Assembly (NCBI GenBank): GCA_002420315.1
Contig: DIHU01000219.1
Coordinates: forward strand, 27,031 to 91,030
Length of the DNA: 64,000 bases
DNA from: Akkermansiaceae bacterium UBA5688
GTDB taxonomy: Bacteria; Verrucomicrobiota; Verrucomicrobiia; Verrucomicrobiales; Akkermansiaceae
Reading direction: 5' to 3'
The number at the start of each line of letters is the position of its first letter. Positions within the stretch are counted from its first letter, which is position 1. Positions 10,456 to 18,360 of the stretch are shown in pieces. Made by a program: the position numbers and the translations under genes. The notes below the pieces were generated by a model, which was not told the DNA's origin, did not search any database, and saw nothing but the letters and a program-made list of their open reading frames with translations.

Positions 10456-11166
10456 CTATTTGAGCGGAAAACGAATCACTCGACTGATATCTTCCAGCAC
10501 AGTGTTATTTGCCGTAACATCCTGGAGCCGATAAACGAGAAAACCAAATTTCCCGTCGGCAGCTTTTCCAAGAGCAAGATTCTCTTTAGTTTTCCCCAAC
10601 GGCGTTTCCTCCTCAAACCTCCACTCGACTCCCTTCCATTCTCCAAGAATGGTCTCCGCGCCTGCATCGATATCATCGATCCGCTTCATGACGCCGTTGG
10701 TCGAACGAAACACATCTTCTTTTTCATCATACCGGAGCAATGAAATCATTGCCCCTGTCCCCGACAATCTAAAGCTCCACTTACCCCGCCTCAGTTCAAG
10801 AAGAACTCCGACCTTCTCCAGAACCTTGAATTCCCGCTTACCCCAGAGATCTAAATATTCCTGATACTGAGCAGTTGTTAAATTGAGATTTTTGTGGAAC
10901 GGAAGCGGAACCCCCGGCTTAGCATTTTTTGAGTATTCTTCATACCACTTGGGGTCGTTCTTCGCCCCCTCCTTGACCAGTTTTATATAATTCTGGATTT
11001 CCTCCGGCGGAGTCACCACCACCCTTTCACCATCGTAAAGCTTGTTTGGCTCAAGAATGTTCGTGAACGTCTTGGGTGCTGTAGCCTGTGCAAAAGCCCC
11101 TGCTGGAAATAGCATAACAAATGAAATGGCGAGAAAAGCATTTACCCGGCTAATGTATTGTTTCAT
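10456..11166 (-). CDS. Secreted hypothetical protein
   Basis: Signal peptide (AISFVMLFPAGAFAQA). No motif I recognise. Its stop lies 3 nt before the start of the next gene. Confidence 0.5.
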   Translation of the reverse strand: MKQYISRVNAFLAISFVMLFPAGAFAQATAPKTFTNILEPNKLYDGERVVVTPPEEIQNYIKLVKEGAKNDPKWYEEYSKNAKPGVPLPFHKNLNLTTAQYQEYLDLWGKREFKVLEKVGVLLELRRGKWSFRLSGTGAMISLLRYDEKEDVFRSTNGVMKRIDDIDAGAETILGEWKGVEWRFEEETPLGKTKENLALGKAADGKFGFLVYRLQDVTANNTVLEDISRVIRFPLK

Positions 11167-11546
11167 ATTTCTTAATTATTTTCTCTCTTAATTAGTTTGT
11201 GCACTTGGACTCGTGAGACCAAACCATATAACTTCGCACAAGTAAACTCACACCTTAATGCACTATTTCCGACACCTGAAATAGAAATAAGCTCTACACT
11301 TTTCACAGAACCCAAAAGCGTTGGGAAATCGCTTCGAAAATGAAAAGCAGTAATTGAACAAGGGTATAAAAGCCATTTCGCAGGTTCCGCGTCCGAAATT
11401 AATAAGCCCCCTAGACATACCTCAAAAAAGAGCTGTATTTACTTTGTTCGCCATTGGGAAATACGAGACCTCTAGCAACATGGCGGTTCCGGCAACGGTC
11501 GTCTATTCTTCCAATTCGGTTTCTTGTAGATTCCTTCGTAAAAAGT

Positions 11547-12662
11547 CTATTGAGATGATTCGCTCTCAGTAAGTCCCCGTGGATTATTAGGAAATGCCCA
11601 CATTGTGGATTCCAGTCCCTCAATCAGCATTGAACGCATAGCCTTACTTCCCTCTAAGAATCTCGCCTTGATGATTGCGGCTTTTCGATACTCATCCGTT
11701 ACAAGTGGAAAAGCTTTTAGGAACTCCCGCTCCAAAGAAGTCCCCTTTTTGACAAATCCATAAAGAGTGGTCTCCGATCCACGGAAGTTAAGTCGGAAAC
11801 AATCATACTCCTTCTCATCCGAAAATTCATAAGTATGGAAATTATCTCTGCTAGCATAAACCCTCAATTCTTTCAAATCCGTTGGGCGCGATTCAGCAAG
11901 TTCCTCTGGGCTCATTGGGAGATAACAAACATACGATTCCCAATCTACGAGCATTCCATCTGGCCGGTCTTCGATAAGAATGGGAATACCCTCTTCTTGT
12001 TCCTCAACCCTCACTTCTAGGGCTATGAACGGCTTATTCTCGAGAGAAATACTATGATACTTCTTCGTAGTTTTGAAGTCTAGGGGCTCAATTGGGTTAC
12101 GCGCATAATAAGATTTCATCAGCGGAGTAACCCTTTCCCGATGCCTAACCCACTTAACCATCTCTTCAAGCGACTCAGCACTTAGAAAGCCAGTCAGAAC
12201 CTTCTCCATTTTGTTAAAATGAGCTTCCGCGGCCTGGCGTTCATTCTCCCCCACGCCCCTAGGTCGATCCAGAGCACTAGCTACCGGTTGATTAGCAGCT
12301 TTTACGTCTATCAAAGCACTCCCGTCACCAATGTTGGTTTGAAAAATCACCCAGCCCAAAACACCAAATAAGCCAACTCCCAACAACACGAACCAACCCA
12401 TCGGAACTAAGTCATCATCGGACTTATTATCAAACTCCAACCACTCTGTTTCCGGATCGAATAACTTTTCCTTAACAGGATCTTCCTCAGAAGAATTCTC
12501 TTGAGGAGTCGATTCCATTACTGGAGCCATAAGAACCTCGGGGATCACCCCCTTTTTCTTCGTTAACTCCACCCTCTCCACGTCTAAACGAACAACCTTC
12601 GTAGGCACCTCATCGACAACCCTGATCTGATCTTTCCTGCTTTCCTTCGACCCTTCTGCCAT
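11547..12662 (-). CDS. Single-pass membrane hypothetical protein
   Basis: Acidic N-terminal region, one TM segment (GWFVLLGVGLFGVLGWVIF) and a C-terminal domain of about 250 aa with no recognised motif. Confidence 0.5.
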   Translation of the reverse strand: MAEGSKESRKDQIRVVDEVPTKVVRLDVERVELTKKKGVIPEVLMAPVMESTPQENSSEEDPVKEKLFDPETEWLEFDNKSDDDLVPMGWFVLLGVGLFGVLGWVIFQTNIGDGSALIDVKAANQPVASALDRPRGVGENERQAAEAHFNKMEKVLTGFLSAESLEEMVKWVRHRERVTPLMKSYYARNPIEPLDFKTTKKYHSISLENKPFIALEVRVEEQEEGIPILIEDRPDGMLVDWESYVCYLPMSPEELAESRPTDLKELRVYASRDNFHTYEFSDEKEYDCFRLNFRGSETTLYGFVKKGTSLEREFLKAFPLVTDEYRKAAIIKARFLEGSKAMRSMLIEGLESTMWAFPNNPRGLTESESSQ

Positions 12663-12690
12663 CGTTCAGTTTTAGAATGACCTCAAATGA

Positions 12691-13833
12691 GTGTCGACGC
12701 AACTCCGGATCCCCTCTAGATCTCATTTAACAATTGAACGCGTGAAGCCCAAAATTCTAATTCTCTCAGCAAGCTTTGGCGATGGGCACAATAGCGCGGC
12801 CCGTCACCTCGCCCAAGCACTGGAGGAAAAAGCGGAAACCTTAGTCGCCGATCCATGCCACATCGGCAATCCGAGAATTAACGCATTCTTGTGTAAAGCA
12901 TACCGGGAAATCACTACTTACACCCCTAAAATTTGGGCTTGGATGTATCGATCCACCGACCGCCAAGACTTCTCCAAGCCCCTACCCTTTCTTACCAAGA
13001 CTGAGGACGCCGTTGCGAACTTGCTTAACAGATTCGAGCCAGATTTGGTTGTTAATACCTACCCGCTCTACCCTTACATGGTTGACCGACAATTTTCGAT
13101 AGGGCGCCGCGTTCCCATTATTACGATTGTGACCGACTCTATCGAAATCAATGCCGCCTGGACCCGCTCTCCCAGTGACTACTTTCTCATCACTGACGAT
13201 CACACCCGCGAAGAGCTGATCACCAGTAATCTCCCCAAAGAGAAAATGAATATCACCGGCTTTCCAGTGAGCCCTCGCTTTGAGAGCCTCGAAAAAGTTG
13301 CGCCGAATGACCCCCTAAATCCCTTCCGCATTCTCTTCTTTCCCACTGCCCGCTCTCCGCACGTCACTGACATCATAAAGGCCGCTCTCAGTCACGAAAA
13401 CCACATCACGGTCATTCTAGGACGAAACGTTCGCCGACTTTACCGTAAGCTCCAGCCTCTCAAAAAATCCTTTCCTGGACGAATCCATATCAAAGGATGG
13501 ACTCGCAAGGTCCCCGAGCTACTCTCCTCGCATCACCTCGTTATTGGCAAAGCCGGAGGTGCAACAGTGCACGAGGCCATTGCCGCACAGTGCCCCATGC
13601 TAGTCCACCAAATCGTGCCCGGACAGGAGGAAGGGAACATCGAACTTCTTAATCGTTTTCAAACCGGATCTCTTGCTACTTCAGCAAAGACTATTCGCGA
13701 ATCCATCTCCAACCTTCTCGCCGACGATGCCACACTCTGGCGCGAGCAGAAAAAACGACTCGCCCAACATGCTCGCCCCTCTGCCGCACGCGAGGCAGCC
13801 AAATTCATCTTATCCAAAGTCAAACCCTCATGA
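12691..13833 (+). CDS. GT28 glycosyltransferase of the MGDG-synthase / diacylglycerol glycosyltransferase (UgtP-like) family
   Basis: ILILSASFGDGHNSAA N-terminal motif and GKAGGATVHEAIAAQCPML C-terminal motif. GTG start; an alternative GTG lies at about 12742. Confidence 0.75.
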   Translation: MSTQLRIPSRSHLTIERVKPKILILSASFGDGHNSAARHLAQALEEKAETLVADPCHIGNPRINAFLCKAYREITTYTPKIWAWMYRSTDRQDFSKPLPFLTKTEDAVANLLNRFEPDLVVNTYPLYPYMVDRQFSIGRRVPIITIVTDSIEINAAWTRSPSDYFLITDDHTREELITSNLPKEKMNITGFPVSPRFESLEKVAPNDPLNPFRILFFPTARSPHVTDIIKAALSHENHITVILGRNVRRLYRKLQPLKKSFPGRIHIKGWTRKVPELLSSHHLVIGKAGGATVHEAIAAQCPMLVHQIVPGQEEGNIELLNRFQTGSLATSAKTIRESISNLLADDATLWREQKKRLAQHARPSAAREAAKFILSKVKPS

Positions 13834-14432
13834 CCTTCCTTTTCGACATCGGAAACGTTCTCCTAAAACTCCACTTCCAAAGATTCCACCTTGCTATTCT
13901 AGGTTCTGAAAACGCTCCCCTACCTGCCGATCTAGCCGATCTCAAAGACCCCTACGAAACTGGAAAACTCTCAGATCAAGAATTTGTAGAGCAATCACTC
14001 GACATTCTCAATCACCCTCTCACCTCAGACGAATTCGTGGCAGCTTGGGAAAACATCTTCTCACCCAATCTCCCGATGTGGGAAGTCGTCCACACTCTGA
14101 AGAAGCAAGGCCATCGCCTCATTCTTTTCTCAAACACCAACTCAATCCACGCCCGCTCATTTCTCAAAACCTATCAGGATTTTAATCTCTTCGATCACCA
14201 CCACTTTTCACAGGAAGTTGGAACCATCAAGCCTCTCCCCGAGTTCTATCAATCTGCCATCGAAAATTACAACCTCGTCCCTGGCGAAACCCTCTACCTC
14301 GATGACCTCCCCGAAAATATTACAACTGGAAAAAAGTTCGGTTTCTCCTCGTGGCAATACGACCTAAATGATCACCAAGCATGCGTCGCCTGGCTCTATA
14401 CCCAAGGGATAACCCTTGCAAAATCTTCCTAA
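13830..14432 (+). CDS. HAD-superfamily hydrolase
   Basis: Motif I FDIGNVL, motif II FSNTN, motif III/IV YLDDLPEN. ATGA overlap with the upstream GT28 gene. Confidence 0.75.
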   Translation: MTFLFDIGNVLLKLHFQRFHLAILGSENAPLPADLADLKDPYETGKLSDQEFVEQSLDILNHPLTSDEFVAAWENIFSPNLPMWEVVHTLKKQGHRLILFSNTNSIHARSFLKTYQDFNLFDHHHFSQEVGTIKPLPEFYQSAIENYNLVPGETLYLDDLPENITTGKKFGFSSWQYDLNDHQACVAWLYTQGITLAKSS

Positions 14433-14575
14433 AGCTTATCCCTCGCAAGTCTAGCCATTTAGACTAACCTCCGCCCTTAGCGCTAATCTTTCTCCTACCA
14501 ACCTTGAGAACTCACGTCGCCGCCAAGCTAGCTGCCTTATTCCTCATTAGGTTGTAAACCTTAAAGACAGCCGGC

Positions 14576-15553
14576 TTACTTCGTAAACGCGGCTTCGCGT
14601 TTCTCGTCGATACGAGCTGGCCCCAACTTCTTCCAATCGCTTGGATTTGGGAGTTCAAGCCGCTTCATGTTCTTGCCATAGCTATCAAGATTATCATTAA
14701 GATCATCTTCGGTCAGCGGCTTAGATTTTACGCCACCTTCCGGAACTTCAATCCCGGCAGACCAGATCAAAGCGTTAAGAACAACGGTGCGGAATCCATC
14801 CAACGCCCAAACGTGATGGTAGTGTCCACCGGTAAAACCAACCCCTCGACCACCATTCGGGCGCTCGTATCCCCACATGAGCGCATGCTCTTTGTCTAAA
14901 CCATCAACCCCATGCTGATTCCAAAGGTTGATGTATCGATACATATTCTCACGAGTCGGCGTTGCCGTCACCAAATCGAGCACCTTATCGCGTTCATTTA
15001 TGAAACGCATATTGTAGTAAAACTCATCAAGACAAGTCACCGTTTCCGGCACGCCATTCCCGATTTCATGATCTTGTTTGACCTTCATGTCTGCAACCCA
15101 GTGAGGATTGACTGACCACTCGGACTCCATTGCACCACCAATCCAGGGCTGGAAATACTTCTTCCCCATCTGTGGATTTGGGTGAACGGCATAGTGCATA
15201 AAGACCATTCCGACGCCCTTCTTTGCCAGAGAATCGAGATACTCCCACTCACCCGCGATACCACTCACACTATCGGCAAAGATGAAAATGGAATCCGCAT
15301 CATCAAGAACCGACTTATCCTTAGGCCAATCTTTCCCTACAACGACCGCCTCCACATTGAGTCCGCTCTCATCATTTAGTGCCTTTGCAAGTAGCATGCA
15401 ACCAGCCCTGAATTCATGCTCTCCTGATGCGTGGCTGCGGCTACCCGCAATCAATACAATCTTTTTTTTCGTCACTACCTCTTTCTTGGCGGACAAAAAC
15501 AACGGGCTGCCGAACGCCAGTAAGATTGGGATAATAAGGGTGAGGCCTCGCAT
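14576..15553 (-). CDS. ThuA-domain protein, secreted
   Basis: Signal peptide, then KIVLIAGSRSHASGEHEF...FMHYAVHP, a layout typical of PVC ThuA-like proteins. Confidence 0.6.
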   Translation of the reverse strand: MRGLTLIIPILLAFGSPLFLSAKKEVVTKKKIVLIAGSRSHASGEHEFRAGCMLLAKALNDESGLNVEAVVVGKDWPKDKSVLDDADSIFIFADSVSGIAGEWEYLDSLAKKGVGMVFMHYAVHPNPQMGKKYFQPWIGGAMESEWSVNPHWVADMKVKQDHEIGNGVPETVTCLDEFYYNMRFINERDKVLDLVTATPTRENMYRYINLWNQHGVDGLDKEHALMWGYERPNGGRGVGFTGGHYHHVWALDGFRTVVLNALIWSAGIEVPEGGVKSKPLTEDDLNDNLDSYGKNMKRLELPNPSDWKKLGPARIDEKREAAFTK

Positions 15554-15622
15554 AGATTCTTAATCTAATTACGAAGGGGTTTGCCTTTCCCTTCCAGAAA
15601 GAAATACATGGAAAAAATGTCG

Positions 15623-17056
15623 CTAATTTAAGGCCTTATACTCTCCAAACTCAAGCTCGTCACCATGAAGTTTTGCCTCTAATTTAAGCGCTTTAAAGAG
15701 CCTTCTAGCAACCTCTTTACCCTCACCTTGTTGGAGCAAATCCACTTTCTCCTGAGGATCTTTTTTAAGGTCATAAAGGCGGGCAATTCCGCCACCCGGG
15801 TAGAGAATCAGCTTATAGCCTTCTTTGGTAAGCGCACGCTGAGCATCCTTAAGATATGCTGAATAGATCTGATCCCGACCACTCGACTCGCCTCTAAGAA
15901 TGGGGATGTAGCTTTGATATTGAATATGCTCTGGAATCTCAACCCCTGCAACTTCAAGCGCAGTTGGAACCGAGTCTTGAATGTAAATCGGAGCCGAGAT
16001 CCTCTTTCCTGCCTCAACTTCCGGCCCCACAACGACGTAAGGAACCCTGATACTGTGATCATACATGTTCTGTTTCCCTAGAAGACCGTGATGACCACAA
16101 CCGAGCCCATGATCAGCAGTGAAAACAATATAGGTATTCTTAGTTTGATTATTTTTTTCCAGAGTATCCAGAACGCGCCCAATTTGGGTATCCATGTGGG
16201 TTATTAAGGCGAAGTACTCACGCCGGGCCACTTGAACCGAATACTTGGTCCTCGGCATTGGCGCGAGCTTCTCATCACGAAGACTATGCGGAGCCTTCAT
16301 CACTTTGCGGTGAGGATAGGCATCAAGATAATTATCAGGCACCTTCACATCAGAAACCGGATACATGTCGAGATACTGTTGCGGAGACTGTCGAGGATCG
16401 TGCGGAGCATTAAAAGCCAAGTAGAAGAAAAATGGCTTGTCGTCTTTTTTAGCCATATTGAGATATCTCACCGCCGTGTCAGCCTCCACTTCCGACCAAT
16501 GTTTCCCACCTTTCCAGAATCCGTTGTTGGACTTGTCAGTAGGATTCCAAGTATCTTTTTCCCCTTCAAGAGGACGATTGTATCCCGTTTTCACTTGATT
16601 AGGCATACCAGGACGAACATCTCCGACATGGTCAAAAAGAGCCTCTGCTTTCATCCGAACATGCCATTTTCCAGTCATGTAGGTAGTGTAACCAGCATCG
16701 CTCATTAATTGCGGCCAGAGACGGCGCTTACCCATCGTTTTCTCTTCTTCCTGTGCATACCAAAGATGCCGTCCCGTCATCATCATATTCCGGCTGGCCA
16801 CACAAATTGCGCCATTCCAGCCACCAGAATTATAGGCGTGAGTGAACTGAGTCCCCGAACTAAACAACTTATCCAAATTAGGGGTCTTGACTCCGGTCAT
16901 ACCAAGAGACCCAATCGCCTCATAGGTCATATCGTCAGCAAAAATGAATAGAACATTCGGCTTCTCGGACGCCGACACGATGGAGATTAGAGCAAGAAAC
17001 GGGGCAAAAACACGCATTGAGGGGAGACTACGCATAAAATCGGAACGTTTTGACAC
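15623..17056 (-). CDS. Sulfatase (formylglycine-dependent, S1 family)
   Basis: PNVLFIFADDM metal site. Formylglycine motif present as C-V-A-S-R (CVASRNMMMTGR). GKWH and FTADHG blocks. Signal peptide. GTG start, with in-frame ATGs 7 and 13 codons downstream. Confidence 0.85.
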   Translation of the reverse strand: MSKRSDFMRSLPSMRVFAPFLALISIVSASEKPNVLFIFADDMTYEAIGSLGMTGVKTPNLDKLFSSGTQFTHAYNSGGWNGAICVASRNMMMTGRHLWYAQEEEKTMGKRRLWPQLMSDAGYTTYMTGKWHVRMKAEALFDHVGDVRPGMPNQVKTGYNRPLEGEKDTWNPTDKSNNGFWKGGKHWSEVEADTAVRYLNMAKKDDKPFFFYLAFNAPHDPRQSPQQYLDMYPVSDVKVPDNYLDAYPHRKVMKAPHSLRDEKLAPMPRTKYSVQVARREYFALITHMDTQIGRVLDTLEKNNQTKNTYIVFTADHGLGCGHHGLLGKQNMYDHSIRVPYVVVGPEVEAGKRISAPIYIQDSVPTALEVAGVEIPEHIQYQSYIPILRGESSGRDQIYSAYLKDAQRALTKEGYKLILYPGGGIARLYDLKKDPQEKVDLLQQGEGKEVARRLFKALKLEAKLHGDELEFGEYKALN

Positions 17057-17111
17057 TTAACATTCACTTTTTTCGCTGGTAACACCCTCCCCCAGCAACC
17101 GCAGGCATACG

Positions 17112-18272
17112 ATGAGTCGTTCCACCACCACCACCCTCAGTCATCGGCTTGAATACTGCGCCTATCGCATTTTTGAGTGGATACTCAAGATGTTGTCTGT
17201 GGAAACCGTCTTCAAACTTGGTGAATTCGTAGGGCGGATTGTGTATCGCTGCAGCTCAACTCGAAGGTATCAAGTGAACAGAAACCTTCGCCTCGCATTT
17301 GGCGACGAAAAATCGACATCCGAAACCTCACAACTTACTGCAGAAGTTTTCGAACGCACCGGGGCCAACTTCCTTACTTCGCTCAAAATCCCTTTTTTAA
17401 GTGATGACGAAATCTTAGCTAGACTACAATTTGAAGGGCTCGACGATTTCTACACTACCACGCGCAAGGGCGGTATTGTCATGGTCTCTCCGCACATGGG
17501 AAACTGGGAACTTCTTGCCCAAGCCGTCTTCCTAGTCGATGGGGATTTTAGGGCTGGAACACACTATCGCCCCCTCAACAATTCTCTGATCAATGCCGTC
17601 GTCGAACGCCGCAGAAAGCGACGAGGGCTTGAACTCTTCGCAAAAAGATCATCGACCCATCGCCTCTCGAGCTTTGTGAGGGAAGGAGGAGCTATGGGAA
17701 TTCTAGCAGACCAACGAGTTGGTGACCGTGGAGCCGCCTGCCTGTTTTTTGGTCGCCCTACTACCTGTTCACCACTCCCCCATCTAATTGCAAAACGAGG
17801 TAAAGGTCTCCTCACGAGTCTCTCATGCGAGACCGTCGGAATCGCACATTGGAAGATCTCCTTCCGTCTTATTCCAACGATCTCCGCTCAAGCGTGCGCA
17901 GATAGTATCGAGCAAGACTGGCGACGATCACCTGTTGATGTTTTTTGGTTCGAAAACCGCTGGCGCCTCCAAGGGAACGATCCGCTTGCCTTCCTCAACA
18001 AGTATAAAGACGACCTCGAAATACCCCGTCCACTTCGGGCCGTGAACCTCGCTCGAGAAGAAAAAAAACTTCCTTACCCTAATCGATTGATCACCCAAGA
18101 GCATCACGAAGTAGACTTTAAGCAGAGTGACCACGCACTTCGCGAAAAACTCCACGAAATCTCAGATCATGGAGAAACTCCAGTTGATGTTTTCCTTGCG
18201 CCACATTCTCAATTGGGTCGAGTCAAAAAACTCTCCGGGAAAACCATGACCCTTGCCGCCGAAAGGAACTAG
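17112..18272 (+). CDS. Lipid A biosynthesis (Kdo2-lipid IVA) late acyltransferase family protein
   Basis: LpxL/HtrB-family layout with the HX4E/D motif PHMGNWE and the ILADQR block. Confidence 0.7.
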   Translation: MSRSTTTTLSHRLEYCAYRIFEWILKMLSVETVFKLGEFVGRIVYRCSSTRRYQVNRNLRLAFGDEKSTSETSQLTAEVFERTGANFLTSLKIPFLSDDEILARLQFEGLDDFYTTTRKGGIVMVSPHMGNWELLAQAVFLVDGDFRAGTHYRPLNNSLINAVVERRRKRRGLELFAKRSSTHRLSSFVREGGAMGILADQRVGDRGAACLFFGRPTTCSPLPHLIAKRGKGLLTSLSCETVGIAHWKISFRLIPTISAQACADSIEQDWRRSPVDVFWFENRWRLQGNDPLAFLNKYKDDLEIPRPLRAVNLAREEKKLPYPNRLITQEHHEVDFKQSDHALREKLHEISDHGETPVDVFLAPHSQLGRVKKLSGKTMTLAAERN

Positions 18273-18360
18273 TCTCCAGAGATTTCCCCTAATGAAAATA
18301 AAACTCTGCGGCGTCAGGGCCAACCGTAGAAAAGCGCTTCATTCATGAAGTACTGGAAAG

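Noticed and set aside
15460-15480. Homopolymer runs of 8-9 nt inside coding regions (the ThuA gene here, and also near 18060 and 43110), considered as possible phase-variation tracts.
   Set aside because: They encode Lys-rich segments in frame. They are not near starts of surface-variable genes, and I have no evidence of length variation.
15623-17056. The sulfatase carries C-V-A-S-R instead of the more common C-x-P-x-R formylglycine motif.
   Set aside because: As far as I know, the Ala variant is a known functional form of the motif, so I do not treat it as unusual. No maturase gene lies in the window, but one could be elsewhere in the genome.
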